From Bacteroidales bacterium (lineage in GTDB: Bacteria > Bacteroidota > Bacteroidia > Bacteroidales > UBA932): a stretch of 64,000 nt of DNA. Of the stretch, positions 1 through 10,750 are shown piece after piece (the stretch's first letter is position 1; every line of letters begins with the position of its first letter). The stretch lies in NCBI GenBank assembly GCA_024398155.1, contig JAKSJS010000001.1, positions 3,233 to 67,232 on the forward strand. Direction: 5' to 3'. The notes under the pieces were generated by a model, which had not been told where the DNA came from, ran no database searches, and worked only from the letters and a program-made list of their open reading frames with translations. The position numbers and the translations under genes were made by a program.

Positions 1-1985
1 GCATCCAGAACCCCTGGGTTCCTTTCGCATTCCTCACCGGTGGTTTCTTCTCCGGTCTTGCCGGCTTCATCGGCATGAAGACTGCGACCTTCGCTTCCGG
101 CCGTACGGCAAACGCCGCCCGCAAGTCCCTTAACGGCGGTCTCAAGATAGCATTCCGTTCCGGTGCCGTAATGGGTCTTACCGTTGTAGGTCTCGGACTT
201 TTCGACATTGCCCTGTGGTACATCATCCTCAACATCTTCGTTGCCGAGGCTGATTTCGCCCAGAAGCTTGTCGTTATCACGACGACCATGCTTACTTTCG
301 GTATGGGTGCCTCCACCCAGGCCCTCTTCGCCCGTGTCGGCGGCGGTATCTATACCAAGGCCGCTGACGTAGGCGCCGACATCGTAGGAAAGGTCGAGTC
401 CGACCTCCCCGAGGATGATCCCCGCAACCCCGCCACAATCGCCGACAACGTAGGCGACAACGTAGGTGATGTCGCCGGTATGGGTGCCGACCTTTACGAG
501 TCCTATTGCGGATCCATCCTTTCCACCATGGCTCTCGGTGCCTCCGCATTCTTCTCCGCCGGTCCCGAAATGCAGATGAAGGCAATCCTTGCCCCTATGA
601 TCATCGCTGCTGTCGGTGTCCTCCTCTCCGTAATTTCAATCTTTACCGTCCGCACCAAGGAAGGCGCCGGAATGGGCCAGCTCCTCAAGTCGATGAGCTT
701 CGGAACCAACCTCGCCGCAATCCTCAGCGGTGTTGCAACCTTCGGTATCCTCGCCCTTGTCTTCGGCGTGGAGTCCAACCTCTGGTGGCAGTTCTCGCTT
801 TCCGTAGTTGCCGGTCTTGCTGCCGGAGTCATTATCGGAAAGGCAACCGAGTATTATACATCCCACTCATATAAGCCGACCCAGAAGCTCGCTGCAGCCT
901 CCGAGACTGGCCCCGCAACCGTCATCATCGGCGGTATCGGCCTCGGCATGCTCTCGACCGCTATCCCTGTAATTGCAATCGTTGTTGCAATCGTGCTTGC
1001 ATATCTTTGCGCAATAGGGTTCGACGTCAAGGATATGATGTCCGCCGAAAACCTCTCTACTGGTCTTTACGGCGTCGCCATTGCCGCCGTCGGTATGCTT
1101 TCCACCCTCGGTATCACTCTCGCGACTGACGCTTACGGCCCTATCGCCGACAATGCCGGTGGAAATGCCCAGATGAGCGAACTCGATCCCGAGGTCCGCG
1201 AAAGGACCGACGTCCTCGACGCTCTCGGCAACACGACCGCAGCTACCGGTAAAGGTTTCGCCATCGGTTCAGCCGCTCTTACGGCCCTTGCCCTCCTCGC
1301 TTCCTATATAGAGGAGATCAAGATCGCCCTCTCCCGCGCCGGCGAGATGATTGACGGCGTAGCCGGAAAGGTCGATGCCGCAAGCGCCTCCATCCTCGAC
1401 GTCCTCAACAATTACAATGTCAGCCTCATGAATCCCGCAGTCCTTGCCGGCGTATTCATCGGCTCGATGATGGCCTTCCTCTTCTGCGGTCTTACAATGA
1501 ACGCAGTAGGTCGCGCCGCATCCAAGATGGTAGTTGAGGTCCGCCGCCAGTTCCGTGAGATCAAGGGCATCCTTACCGGTGAAGGCACTCCCGACTACAA
1601 ACGTTGTGTCGAGATCTCAACCAAAGCAGCCCAGCATGAGATGCTTGTTCCCGCCCTCATCGCCATCATCGTTCCCGTTGTAACGGGTATGGTTCTCGGT
1701 GTTGCCGGTGTTCTCGGTCTCCTTATCGGAGGCCTCGGCGCAGGCTTTGTCCTCGCCGTCTTCATGGCCAACTCCGGTGGAGCATGGGACAATGCCAAGA
1801 AGTTCGTTGAGGAGGGTCACTTCGGAGGAAAAGGCTCCGAGTGCCACCATGCAACCGTAGTCGGTGATACCGTCGGCGATCCTTTCAAGGATACGTCGGG
1901 TCCTTCCCTCAACATCCTCATCAAGCTCATGTCCATGGTCAGCATCGTTATGGCCGGTCTTACAGTAGGTTGCCACCTTCTCTAG
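1..1985 (+). CDS. hppA: Membrane-bound K+-dependent Na+(/H+)-translocating pyrophosphatase, 5'-partial
   Basis: Motifs [68 protein letters not shown]. The frame stays open upstream of ATG 75 to the window edge ([24 protein letters not shown]). Confidence 0.97.
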   Translation, partial: IQNPWVPFAFLTGGFFSGLAGFIGMKTATFASGRTANAARKSLNGGLKIAFRSGAVMGLTVVGLGLFDIALWYIILNIFVAEADFAQKLVVITTTMLTFGMGASTQALFARVGGGIYTKAADVGADIVGKVESDLPEDDPRNPATIADNVGDNVGDVAGMGADLYESYCGSILSTMALGASAFFSAGPEMQMKAILAPMIIAAVGVLLSVISIFTVRTKEGAGMGQLLKSMSFGTNLAAILSGVATFGILALVFGVESNLWWQFSLSVVAGLAAGVIIGKATEYYTSHSYKPTQKLAAASETGPATVIIGGIGLGMLSTAIPVIAIVVAIVLAYLCAIGFDVKDMMSAENLSTGLYGVAIAAVGMLSTLGITLATDAYGPIADNAGGNAQMSELDPEVRERTDVLDALGNTTAATGKGFAIGSAALTALALLASYIEEIKIALSRAGEMIDGVAGKVDAASASILDVLNNYNVSLMNPAVLAGVFIGSMMAFLFCGLTMNAVGRAASKMVVEVRRQFREIKGILTGEGTPDYKRCVEISTKAAQHEMLVPALIAIIVPVVTGMVLGVAGVLGLLIGGLGAGFVLAVFMANSGGAWDNAKKFVEEGHFGGKGSECHHATVVGDTVGDPFKDTSGPSLNILIKLMSMVSIVMAGLTVGCHLL

Positions 1986-2003
1986 GATTGACTTAGGTAA
2001 CAG

Positions 2004-2041
2004 ATAAGGGCGCCGGGTTATCACGGCGTCCTTATTTTTTT
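2004..2041 (+). terminator. Intrinsic terminator of hppA
   Basis: Stem ATAAGGGCGCCG / CGGCGTCCTTAT with an 8-nt loop, followed by a T-run. Confidence 0.8.
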
Positions 2042-2043
2042 AG

Positions 2044-2051
2044 TATCTTTG
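2044..2051 (+). promoter_or_regulatory. Bacteroidetes sigmaA -7 element for the suf operon
   Basis: TATCTTTG matches TAnnTTTG, 8 nt before the sufB ATG. Confidence 0.65.
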
Positions 2052-2059
2052 CCGTTTGT

Positions 2060-3499
2060 ATGGAAGAAAGCAAGGACATAATTTCGTCGGTAACCTCCAA
2101 TGAGTACAAGGAGGGTTTCGTTACGGCCATAGAGCAGGAATTCATCCCGAAGGGCCTGAACGAGGACATAATAAGGCTGATTTCCGCCAAGAAAGGGGAG
2201 CCGGAGTGGCTGCTCGACTTCCGCCTGGGCGCCTTCCGGCGCTGGCAGAAGATGAGCGTCCCGAAGTGGGCCCATCTCGACATTCCCGAAATTGATTACC
2301 AGGACATAATATATTACGCCGCTCCCAAAGCCCCCAAGGGCGAGGGCGAGATAGACCCGGAGCTCGAGAAGACCTTCGACAAGCTCGGCATTCCCCTCAG
2401 CGAGCGTCAGGCCCTTGCCGGGAATGTCGCCTTCGACGCCGTCTTCGACTCCGTCTCGGTGAAGACAACCTTCCGCAAGGCCCTCTCCGAAAAGGGCATT
2501 ATATTCTGCAGTTTCTCTGAAGCAGTAAGGGATTATCCCGAACTTGTCCGCAAGCATCTTGCGAGCGTCGTGCCTGTCGGAGACAACTTCTACTCCGCTC
2601 TCAACAGCGCCGTATTCAGTGACGGTTCCTTCTGCTACATACCAAAGGGCGTACGCTGCCCGATGGAGCTTTCCAGCTATTTCCGCATCAATGCGAGCGG
2701 AACCGGACAGTTCGAGAGGCCCCTTATCATTGCCGATGAAGGCTCGTATGTAAGCTATATGGAGGGCTGTACCGCCCCCATGAGGGACGAGAACCAGCTC
2801 CATGCCGCAGTAGTCGAAATCGTTGTCGAGAAGGACGCAGAAGTCAAGTACTCCACCGTCCAGAACTGGTATCCCGGAGACGCGAGCGGCAAGGGAGGCA
2901 TCTATAATTTTGTAACTAAGAGGGGCATCTGCAAAGGCTCCGGAAGCCATTTGAGCTGGACTCAGGTGGAGACGGGATCCGCCATCACATGGAAGTATCC
3001 CTCCACGATATTGAAGGGAGACAATTCCTCTTCGGAGTTCTACAGTGTTGCAGTAACGAACAATTACCAGCAGGCGGATACGGGAACGAAGATGATCCAT
3101 ATCGGCAGGAACACGAAGAGCCGCATTGTGTCCAAGGGCATTTCCGCCGGCCATAGCCAGAACAGCTACCGCGGCCTTGTGAAGATGATGCCCGGCGCCT
3201 CCGGCGCGCGCAACTTCTCCCAATGCGACAGCCTCCTCATAGGTGACAAATGCGGCGCCCACACTTTCCCGGTGATCGAGAACGCCAACCCTTCGGCTGT
3301 CGTCGAGCATGAGGCGACAACCTCCAAGATAAGCGACGAACAGCTCTTCTACTGCAACCAGAGGGGTATCGGTCCCGAGGCGGCTGTTGCCCTCATAGTA
3401 AACGGATATGCAAGGGACGTCCTGAGCAAGCTCCCGATGGAGTTTGCCGTGGAGGCGAAGAAACTCCTTGCCGTATCGCTTGAAGGATCGATAGGATAA
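2060..3499 (+). CDS. sufB: Fe-S cluster assembly scaffold SufB
   Basis: [56 protein letters not shown]. Confidence 0.98.
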   Translation: MEESKDIISSVTSNEYKEGFVTAIEQEFIPKGLNEDIIRLISAKKGEPEWLLDFRLGAFRRWQKMSVPKWAHLDIPEIDYQDIIYYAAPKAPKGEGEIDPELEKTFDKLGIPLSERQALAGNVAFDAVFDSVSVKTTFRKALSEKGIIFCSFSEAVRDYPELVRKHLASVVPVGDNFYSALNSAVFSDGSFCYIPKGVRCPMELSSYFRINASGTGQFERPLIIADEGSYVSYMEGCTAPMRDENQLHAAVVEIVVEKDAEVKYSTVQNWYPGDASGKGGIYNFVTKRGICKGSGSHLSWTQVETGSAITWKYPSTILKGDNSSSEFYSVAVTNNYQQADTGTKMIHIGRNTKSRIVSKGISAGHSQNSYRGLVKMMPGASGARNFSQCDSLLIGDKCGAHTFPVIENANPSAVVEHEATTSKISDEQLFYCNQRGIGPEAAVALIVNGYARDVLSKLPMEFAVEAKKLLAVSLEGSIG

Positions 3500-4083
3500 T
3501 GAACTGGCTGGACCTCATATCGGCCGTGCTCGGCCTTACCTGCGTTGTGCTTGCCGGAAGGAACAGCAAGTACAATTTCTGGGTGGGATACCTTTATACT
3601 GCCGCCCTGTTCTTCCTCTTCCTGAAGAACAACCTCGTGGCCTGCCTCCTTCTCCAGCCCGTGTCCCTCGGAATAAATATCCTCGGCCACTACCGCTGGA
3701 CCCATCCGAAGGAGGAGGACAGGAGCTCGGAAGACGACAAGTCCTTGAAGGTTACGATGCTGTCATGGACCGAGAGGGCCCTGGCCATTCTGTCGGTCGT
3801 CATCATAGCGGCCCTGTGGGGTTTGCTGCTCGACCGCCTTTTCCCCGCCGACCCCCATCCTTATCTCGACTGCTGCCTTACTGTCCTCATACTTGTCGCC
3901 CAGTTCCTGAGCGCGATGAAGAAATGGGACTGCTGGATAGCCTGGATGGTGGTGAATGTCGTCCAGTTCACCCTGTATATATGCGTGGGAAGCTATTTTA
4001 TGGCGGGAGTGAGTGCGCTATATCTCGTCAACGGAATCATATCCCTCCGCAAGTGGATGTCACTTTATAGAAAAAAAGCTTGA
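3499..4083 (+). CDS. pnuC: PnuC-family vitamin/nicotinamide riboside transporter
   Basis: Hydrophobic 194 aa with PnuC-like segments (GHYRW, PYLD, AQFLSAMKKWDCWIAWMVVN). TAATG overlap with sufB. Confidence 0.8.
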   Translation: MNWLDLISAVLGLTCVVLAGRNSKYNFWVGYLYTAALFFLFLKNNLVACLLLQPVSLGINILGHYRWTHPKEEDRSSEDDKSLKVTMLSWTERALAILSVVIIAALWGLLLDRLFPADPHPYLDCCLTVLILVAQFLSAMKKWDCWIAWMVVNVVQFTLYICVGSYFMAGVSALYLVNGIISLRKWMSLYRKKA

Positions 4084-4086
4084 GAA

Positions 4087-4836
4087 ATGAACGATATTCT
4101 TCTTGAAATAAAGAACCTCCATGCCCGCGTGGGCGAAAAGGAAATCCTCAAGGGCGTCGACCTTACGATACGCAAGGGCGAGATACATGCCGTGATGGGC
4201 CCTAACGGTGCGGGAAAGAGCACCCTGAGCGCTGTCCTTGCCGGAAAGCCCCAGTATGAGGTAACCGAGGGATCCATTACCTTCATGGGCCGCGACCTTC
4301 TGGCGATGGCCCCCGAGGAGCGTTCCTGGGCAGGAATTTTCCTTTCCTTCCAGTATCCTGTCGAGATCCCCGGAGTGTCGATCACCAACTTCATGAAGAC
4401 CGCCGTCGACTGCCGTCGTGAGGCCCTTGGCCTCGAGCCTATGCCGACTCCCGAATTCATGAAGCTCATGAAGGACAAGATGAATTTCGTGCAGATGAAG
4501 CCCGAGCTTAGAAAGCGCGACATGAATGCCGGCTTCTCCGGCGGTGAGAAGAAGAGGAACGAGATATTCCAGATGGCTCTGCTCGACCCCGTTCTCTCGA
4601 TACTCGACGAGACCGACAGCGGACTTGACGTCGACGCCCTGAGGATAGTCGCATCCGGTGTCAACTCTCTCCATACTCCCGAAAAGGCGTCCATCGTGAT
4701 TACTCATTACCAGAGGCTTCTCGACTATATCGTCCCCGATGTCGTCCACGTCCTCAAGGACGGCCGCATCGTAAGGACGGCCGGCCGCGAAATCGTTGCA
4801 GAGATTGAAGAAAAGGGTTACGACTCGATTGCGTAG
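4087..4836 (+). CDS. sufC: Fe-S assembly ABC ATPase SufC
   Basis: GPNGAGKST, FQYPVEIPGV, FSGGEKKRNEI, LDETDSGLDVDAL, ITHYQRLL. Confidence 0.98.
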   Translation: MNDILLEIKNLHARVGEKEILKGVDLTIRKGEIHAVMGPNGAGKSTLSAVLAGKPQYEVTEGSITFMGRDLLAMAPEERSWAGIFLSFQYPVEIPGVSITNFMKTAVDCRREALGLEPMPTPEFMKLMKDKMNFVQMKPELRKRDMNAGFSGGEKKRNEIFQMALLDPVLSILDETDSGLDVDALRIVASGVNSLHTPEKASIVITHYQRLLDYIVPDVVHVLKDGRIVRTAGREIVAEIEEKGYDSIA

Positions 4837-4839
4837 AAG

Positions 4840-5454
4840 ATGAAGAAGGTTTCAATCATATCTCCCTCCTGTCCCGCGTTCTCTCTGCCCGCCGAATATG
4901 CCGTAGGCGCCGGTGAGGAGCTCTCGCTCGTCATTGTCGTGCTCCCCGGCGTGTCCGTGGACATTCCTCTTGATATAACAATAGAGGGAGAAGGCGCTTC
5001 CGTGAACGTCGATGCGCTTTACCTCTGCTCCGGCTCCGAGAAGGTTTCCCTCAAGGTGAACATGAACCACGTATCCGGCGGATCCGTAAGCAACCAGCTT
5101 ATCCGCGGAGTCGTCGGCGGCAACGCCCGCACTGATTTCTTCGGCCTCATCAAAGTGGCTCCGGACGCCCAGAAGACCGAGGCATACCAGTCCAACTACA
5201 ACCTCCTTCTCTCGGAAGAGGCCAAGGTCGAGACCCGTCCCCAGCTCGAGATCTATGCCGATGACGTCAAGTGCTCCCATGGCGCCGCCGTCGGAAAACT
5301 CGACGAGGAGGAACAGTTCTATATGCGTTCACGCGGCATAACCCTCAAGGAAGCCCGCGCCCTCCAGATGATATCCTTTGTCAGCCCCGTCGTCGAAAAG
5401 ATAGAGGACGAGGCGACCCGCACCCTTGTCTACAACAGTCTCAGGACGATATGA
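4840..5454 (+). CDS. sufD: SufD (short form, C-terminal beta-helix only)
   Basis: AQKTEAYQSNYNLLLS, PQLEIYADDVKCSHGA, FYMRSRGI. Confidence 0.9.
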   Translation: MKKVSIISPSCPAFSLPAEYAVGAGEELSLVIVVLPGVSVDIPLDITIEGEGASVNVDALYLCSGSEKVSLKVNMNHVSGGSVSNQLIRGVVGGNARTDFFGLIKVAPDAQKTEAYQSNYNLLLSEEAKVETRPQLEIYADDVKCSHGAAVGKLDEEEQFYMRSRGITLKEARALQMISFVSPVVEKIEDEATRTLVYNSLRTI

Positions 5455-6242
5455 TAAGCTATCCCAATGTCAAGATAAACCTTGGCCTCTCCGTCATAAG
5501 GAAGAGGCCCGACGGATTCCATGACATAGAGACCCTGTTCGTCCCTTATCACCCTATCCACGACACCCTTGAGATAACCCCTTCCGAGACTTTCTCCATA
5601 ACGATAGAGAAGGATGGGGGCGCCGACTGGGACCCTATGACCGACCTTACTGTCAGGGCCTACAATCTCCTGCGTGAGGACTTCGGCATTCCTCCTGTGG
5701 CCATCCGCCTTGTGAAGACTTCGCCCGTGGGCGCAGGCCTCGGCGGCGGATCCTCCGATGCCGCCTTCGCCCTCCGCATGCTGTCGGACATGTTCGCGCT
5801 GGGCCTCTCCGACGAGGCTCTGGCCGGCTACGCCGCCCGCCTCGGGAGCGACTGCGCGCTGTTTGTCTACAACCGTCCGATGATAGGTCGCGGAAGGGGG
5901 GAGATACTGACTCCGTACGATCTCAGGGATATCGATTACGGCCAGCCGGGCGGCGAAAGCCTTCCCTACAGGTTGGAGGTCACAGTGCCCGAAGGGATAA
6001 GCGTCTCGACGGCGGCGGCCTATCGCGGCATTGTCCCCGCTCTGCCTGCAATCTCCATCGAAAAGGCCCTGGAAGGTCCCGTAGAGGGGTGGAAGGATAC
6101 GATATTCAATGATTTCGAAACGACGGTCTTCAAGGCCTTTCCGGCCCTCGCCGAGCTCAAGGCCGGGCTTTACGCCTCCGGTGCCGCCTACGCCTCGATG
6201 TCCGGCTCCGGCTCCTCCGTCTATTCAATAGTAAAGAAGTAA
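5451..6242 (+). CDS. ispE: 4-diphosphocytidyl-2-C-methyl-D-erythritol kinase
   Basis: True start is ATG 5451 (ATGA overlap with sufD). PNVKINLGL, GAGLGGGSSDAA, LGSDC, SMSGSGSSV. Confidence 0.95.
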   Translation: MISYPNVKINLGLSVIRKRPDGFHDIETLFVPYHPIHDTLEITPSETFSITIEKDGGADWDPMTDLTVRAYNLLREDFGIPPVAIRLVKTSPVGAGLGGGSSDAAFALRMLSDMFALGLSDEALAGYAARLGSDCALFVYNRPMIGRGRGEILTPYDLRDIDYGQPGGESLPYRLEVTVPEGISVSTAAAYRGIVPALPAISIEKALEGPVEGWKDTIFNDFETTVFKAFPALAELKAGLYASGAAYASMSGSGSSVYSIVKK

Positions 6243-6252
6243 AGATCCAGCT

Positions 6253-6675
6253 ATGAAACACGAAATACCCGTTCGCTCGCTTGAGGAACTTCCCGCTGCG
6301 GCGAAACAGTTCCTGAAAGAAATAGGCTCGAACACCCTGGTTGCCTTCTATGCTCCTATGGGAGCCGGCAAGACCACTTTCACGACAGCTCTCTGCCATG
6401 AGCTCGGAGTGGGGGACGCTGTCTGTTCTCCGACCTTCACGATAGTGAACGAGTATGTAAGTTCCGAGGGGGAACACATCTTCCATTTCGACTTCTATCG
6501 TCTCACGAAGCCCTCGGAGGCCCTCGACATAGGTCTTTACGATTATCTTGACAGCGGCTGCCTCTGTCTTATGGAATGGCCCGAGAATATCGAGGAGCTT
6601 CTCCCCGACGAGACCCTGAAAGTCTCCATCTCCGTCCTTCCCGACGGCTCCCGCCTCCTCTCCTGGGAGGACTGA
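6253..6675 (+). CDS. tsaE: tRNA threonylcarbamoyladenosine biosynthesis ATPase TsaE
   Basis: MGAGKTTF, SPTFTIVNEY, HFDFYRL, MEWPE. Confidence 0.96.
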   Translation: MKHEIPVRSLEELPAAAKQFLKEIGSNTLVAFYAPMGAGKTTFTTALCHELGVGDAVCSPTFTIVNEYVSSEGEHIFHFDFYRLTKPSEALDIGLYDYLDSGCLCLMEWPENIEELLPDETLKVSISVLPDGSRLLSWED

Positions 6676-6677
6676 CT

Positions 6678-7841
6678 TTAAAGTACGTAAATATTGTCGA
6701 TGTAGCCGTTGAAGGAGTAGCGGGCCATTTTGCCGTCCTGCCAGAGTACAGGCCCTTCGGGCGTGTCCAGGGCGAGACGGAGAGTGCCCCGGGAATAGTC
6801 CATGGCGCGTTTTGAGTGGGGGACGAAGCCGTCCGGGAAGGGCTCCGGAGGGTTGTCTCCGATAGCGATGCTGTATTCTTCGCGTCCGTATGTCCTGAGG
6901 ATAAAGGCGAGCTTGCCTCCGTCTTCAAGGATGTTGTAGAACTCGTATCCTTCGAAGTGGCTTTCTTCGTTCCCGTTGCGGAAGACTACAGCAGCGGGAT
7001 TTCCTTTGTGGTCTTTGGCGGACACGAAGTTGAGGAACCCCTTTCCGTCGTGGAAGAACCATTCCTCGAGCCTTATGGAATTATATATTGCGTTCGGGGC
7101 GCCAATGTATACACCCTTGCCTTCCGATTGGATCAGGATGAAAGGGCCCACCTTCTCGTAGGCGTAGACCTTGCCGCCGTGGACAATCACCGATGCGATT
7201 GTCCCTCCGGCGGCCGGCTCGACGACCTCCCTTTCCACTCCGTTTTCGACGATTATGTATCTGCCGTCATTGTCGCGGTAGTGGAACACCCCATTCCTTA
7301 TTCCTTCGGATGCAAGCAGACCTTTCTTTTTCAGCTTTGGGGAACCGTTGATGCGGTAAGTGAAGGAGGCTTCCGTGCTGCGGGGCTCGCTGACAGTCAT
7401 AATGTGACCTTTCCCGTCATCCTCGAGAGCGGCGGTCATCTCCAGGGCCCGGTAGGCGAACTGCCGCATGCCGTCGGCATAGATGATGGTACTGTCCCCG
7501 ACTGTTATTGTGTGGAACAGACGTCCGTTGGAAATCAGGCGGGTGTCGGCTTCCGCGGGGGCGGAGGAGCTCTCGAAGAGAGGCTCTCCGTCCCCCAGGA
7601 GGAAGACGACGTGCTCGGCCTCGTCGGTGGCATGACGCCAGTCGTAGCCCTCGGGATAGCGGACGCCGGAAAGGTAGACTTGGGGGCGAGTGTCAGCGGG
7701 CTTTGGTCCTCCGGGGTTTTCTCCGGGCAGGTGGGTCGCGGGGCCGGAGCCTCGGGCGCCGGAGGCGTCGAGGCCCTCCGGCCCGCACGACAGGGCCGTC
7801 ACTGCCGCTGCAATGCATACTAGAAAATTAAGTTTTTCCAT
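6678..7841 (-). CDS. Hypothetical lipoprotein, beta-rich
   Basis: Signal peptide ending in a lipobox (TALS-C). Convergent with tsaE and fills the gap between genes. Confidence 0.75.
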   Translation of the reverse strand: MEKLNFLVCIAAAVTALSCGPEGLDASGARGSGPATHLPGENPGGPKPADTRPQVYLSGVRYPEGYDWRHATDEAEHVVFLLGDGEPLFESSSAPAEADTRLISNGRLFHTITVGDSTIIYADGMRQFAYRALEMTAALEDDGKGHIMTVSEPRSTEASFTYRINGSPKLKKKGLLASEGIRNGVFHYRDNDGRYIIVENGVEREVVEPAAGGTIASVIVHGGKVYAYEKVGPFILIQSEGKGVYIGAPNAIYNSIRLEEWFFHDGKGFLNFVSAKDHKGNPAAVVFRNGNEESHFEGYEFYNILEDGGKLAFILRTYGREEYSIAIGDNPPEPFPDGFVPHSKRAMDYSRGTLRLALDTPEGPVLWQDGKMARYSFNGYIDNIYVL

Positions 7842-7987
7842 CGTTTTTTTGCTTGCAAAGTTGGCCTGTTGTTTATTTCCGGGATATTGGAAAGGCTAAA
7901 ATCTTTTTTTAGGAGTCGAGGAGAAACAGAATCTTTTCTTTTTAATTGCTAACTGTGTGCAAATACTGGATTTTTAACTTTTTGTCC

Positions 7988-9160
7988 ATGAACCGTGTAC
8001 TGATCCTTACCGTTTCTGCGCTTGCTTTTCTATGCGCCTCCTGTACAGTCAATCAATCCTCCAATAACCTCCTCGCTCCTTATGATATGGAGATAGGCGA
8101 GGCTTACGACAGCCCTATCCGCTATTTTGACGGAACCGTTCCGTTCTACCGTGATGCCGAAGGGACTCTGTGGGGAATGTGCTGCGGCGACATGAAGATG
8201 TATCACGGAACTTCGATGGAGGATATGGTCGAGGCCTGGCCCTGTACCTTGAACTTCCGCCGCGGAAATGCTGAGACCGCATTTGCCGGCATCCCCTATC
8301 CCGAAGGGGTGAAGGCCCGCGGAAGCGTATGGCCTTTCGGCCTTTACATCTGCCCCGTAACCGGCCGTTTCTTCTGCTTCTTCCACAACGAGACCGGATG
8401 GGCCGGCGAAGGTACCGCTTATGACGCCTTCGGCCTTTGCGAGACCCCGAAATATGACTCTGACTTCCGCCATATCGGCCTCATGCATTCCGACGACCAG
8501 GGAAAAACCTGGGATTTCGACCGTTGGGTCGTGACTGCGGAGACTGTCTGCTTCACCTCCGAATATAATCCCGGTGCCGGCGTCATGATAGGCCAGCCTG
8601 CCGGGCTCATAAGCCTCGGCAGCGGCGACTTCACGACCTATGTCGACGACGAGTACATCTATCTTATCTACGACATCGTCAAGCTCGACATGGAGACCGG
8701 CCGTTTCTGCGAGTGTGACGCATACATCGCCCGTACCCGCAAGCGTGATGACGGCGTTATGGGAGACTTCGTGAAATACTATGAAGGCGAGTTCTGCGAG
8801 CCCGGCAACTTCGGCAAGGAGACCCCGATTGTCCGTGGCGCATGGCATGCCCGTATGGCATGGTCCGACAAGCTCGACTGCTATATCCTCTGCTCTTCTC
8901 CGATCCGCCCCGAGCCCTGGAACGGTATCTCCAACTACATGGAGCTCCGCACATCCAAGGATATGTTCAACTGGAGCGACCCTGTCTCCTATAAGCATGA
9001 GGGCCATGAGACCGAATATTTCGGCAACCACTACCAGGCTATCGTCTCCTACCATGGCAAGGGCAATCCGTGGGTCATCGAAGGCGATGACTTCACCGTC
9101 CTCGACGGTCATAACGGAACCGCCGTCACTGCCCACGATTTCCACATGAAACTGAAATAA
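7988..9160 (+). CDS. Lipoprotein, putative beta-propeller glycoside hydrolase (Asp-box)
   Basis: Start at ATG 7988, lipobox LCAS-C, Asp-box SDDQGKTWD, and a TSKDMFNWS segment typical of 5-bladed propellers. Confidence 0.65.
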   Translation: MNRVLILTVSALAFLCASCTVNQSSNNLLAPYDMEIGEAYDSPIRYFDGTVPFYRDAEGTLWGMCCGDMKMYHGTSMEDMVEAWPCTLNFRRGNAETAFAGIPYPEGVKARGSVWPFGLYICPVTGRFFCFFHNETGWAGEGTAYDAFGLCETPKYDSDFRHIGLMHSDDQGKTWDFDRWVVTAETVCFTSEYNPGAGVMIGQPAGLISLGSGDFTTYVDDEYIYLIYDIVKLDMETGRFCECDAYIARTRKRDDGVMGDFVKYYEGEFCEPGNFGKETPIVRGAWHARMAWSDKLDCYILCSSPIRPEPWNGISNYMELRTSKDMFNWSDPVSYKHEGHETEYFGNHYQAIVSYHGKGNPWVIEGDDFTVLDGHNGTAVTAHDFHMKLK

Positions 9161-9164
9161 CACA

Positions 9165-10409
9165 ATGAATATGAAACGTATTTTCCTTATCGCGGCCCTT
9201 GCTGCCGCATGCTGTGCCTGCACTCCCAAGGAGTTTGCAGCCGTAGAGTCCGGTACGACATTCGCCTATGACGCGCTCCTGCCTTTCGTAGAGAGCGGCG
9301 AGCTTCCCGGTGCCGTAAACATCTTCTACCATGACGGAGTCCAGGAGACATGCTGCGTGGGCTATGCCGACGTAGAGCACAAGCGCCCCATCACCGTCAA
9401 TGACGTCTACATGCAGTGCTCCCAGACTAAGGGTTTCTGCGGTGTGACAGCGGCAAAACTTGTCGAGCAGGGCCTCCTGAACCTTGATGACCCCGTATCC
9501 AAATACCTCCCTGAATTTGCAACGCTCTGGGTCCTCGACAGCGAGGAAAACGGCGTAAGAACGCTTCATAAGGCTGAAAACGCTCTCACCGTACGCATGT
9601 GCCTCAACCACATGGGCGGCTTCCCCTTCGAGAGCTGCATCAAGAGCCGTGACATCCCCGGTGGCGGATGGTCCGGCGGCGCCAAGCTCCGCATCAATGC
9701 CGCTGCCGCTGCCGCCTGCCCCATAATGTTCGAGCCCGGTACGCGTGCGTCCTATTCCAACACCGGCATCGACATCGCTGCGGCTGTCGTTGAGGTAATA
9801 ACCGGAATGGCTTGGGAAGACTATCTGAAGAAGGAGGTCCTCGATCCTCTTGGAATGACCTCTTCCAGCTTCCGTCCTACGGACAAGCAGCTTGAGAACA
9901 AGATTGAAATGTACTATCTGGAAGAAGGAAAACAGGCAACATGGGTGGAGCAGGACAACTGGCAGCAGCGTCCCTACAACGACTCCCATGTCTACGCTTC
10001 TGCAGGCGCCGGTCTCTGGACTACAGCCGCCGACCAGATCAAGTTCTACAAGATGCTCATGAATCTGGGTGTAGGCGACAATGGTGTGAGAATCCTCGAG
10101 GAGGATACCGTAAAGAACCTTCTTGCAGTATCCAGCCGCCCCGATTTCCTGAACGAGAGGGTTGATGACAGCTATTCCCTCGGTCTCTGGGCTCCCAAGG
10201 TCGACAGCGAAGAGCGCTGGTTCGGCCATGGCGGTGCATGGAACACCCATTGCGAGATCAACTGGCACACCAAGTCCCTCAAGCTCTGGGCTATCCAGCT
10301 CCTGGGATCCTACCATCCCTGGGAACCCGCTCTCAACAAGGCTGCCGAGGATTTCTTCGCAACAGTCGTGAGCACCGACAACGCCTACGTAGGCCGTACC
10401 GAGGAGTAA
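9165..10409 (+). CDS. Serine hydrolase, beta-lactamase/esterase family, lipoprotein
   Basis: SxxK (CSQTK), YSN, HGG motifs, LDDPVSKYLPEF, lipobox. Confidence 0.9.
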   Translation: MNMKRIFLIAALAAACCACTPKEFAAVESGTTFAYDALLPFVESGELPGAVNIFYHDGVQETCCVGYADVEHKRPITVNDVYMQCSQTKGFCGVTAAKLVEQGLLNLDDPVSKYLPEFATLWVLDSEENGVRTLHKAENALTVRMCLNHMGGFPFESCIKSRDIPGGGWSGGAKLRINAAAAAACPIMFEPGTRASYSNTGIDIAAAVVEVITGMAWEDYLKKEVLDPLGMTSSSFRPTDKQLENKIEMYYLEEGKQATWVEQDNWQQRPYNDSHVYASAGAGLWTTAADQIKFYKMLMNLGVGDNGVRILEEDTVKNLLAVSSRPDFLNERVDDSYSLGLWAPKVDSEERWFGHGGAWNTHCEINWHTKSLKLWAIQLLGSYHPWEPALNKAAEDFFATVVSTDNAYVGRTEE

Positions 10410-10429
10410 TCTTTATAGTCCTCGCTCGT

Positions 10430-10611
10430 TAACTTGCTGATATTCAGTCTATTCCTATATACCGTCGCCGCAAATAACGGCGACGGTATTGTGTAAATTA
10501 TTGTCAGTGACCGACTTAACCTTAATAGATTGTGAATTAATGTATTAAGTCATACCGTCGCCGGAAAATGGGGAGACGGTGACAATAAATAAGCTGATAT
10601 TCAGCGAGATA
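10430..10611. repeat. Doublet of 89-bp composite REP-like palindromic units (10430-10518, 10523-10611)
   Basis: Cores ACCGTCGCCGCAAATAACGGCGACGGT (10461-10487) and ACCGTCGCCGGAAAATGGGGAGACGGT (10554-10580). Each is flanked on both sides, 6 bp away, by a 25-bp box of consensus TAA-N4-YTGW-N3-WYAR-N4-TTA. Confidence 0.85.
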
Positions 10612-10750
10612 GCTCGGATGTATTACTGATGCAAAGATTCTTTTTTATCATTCTTGTAGACTTCCAAAAAGATTTTTCTTTTTTTGAAAGCCTTAACTGT
10701 TCGCGTTGAGGATATTTGTGGAGTTAATAACGTTAATAACTCCATGAATT

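Noticed and set aside
9165-10409. Antibiotic-resistance beta-lactamase
   Set aside because: SxxK/YxN/HGG fits the broad serine hydrolase/esterase family rather than class A, C or D enzymes with KTG.
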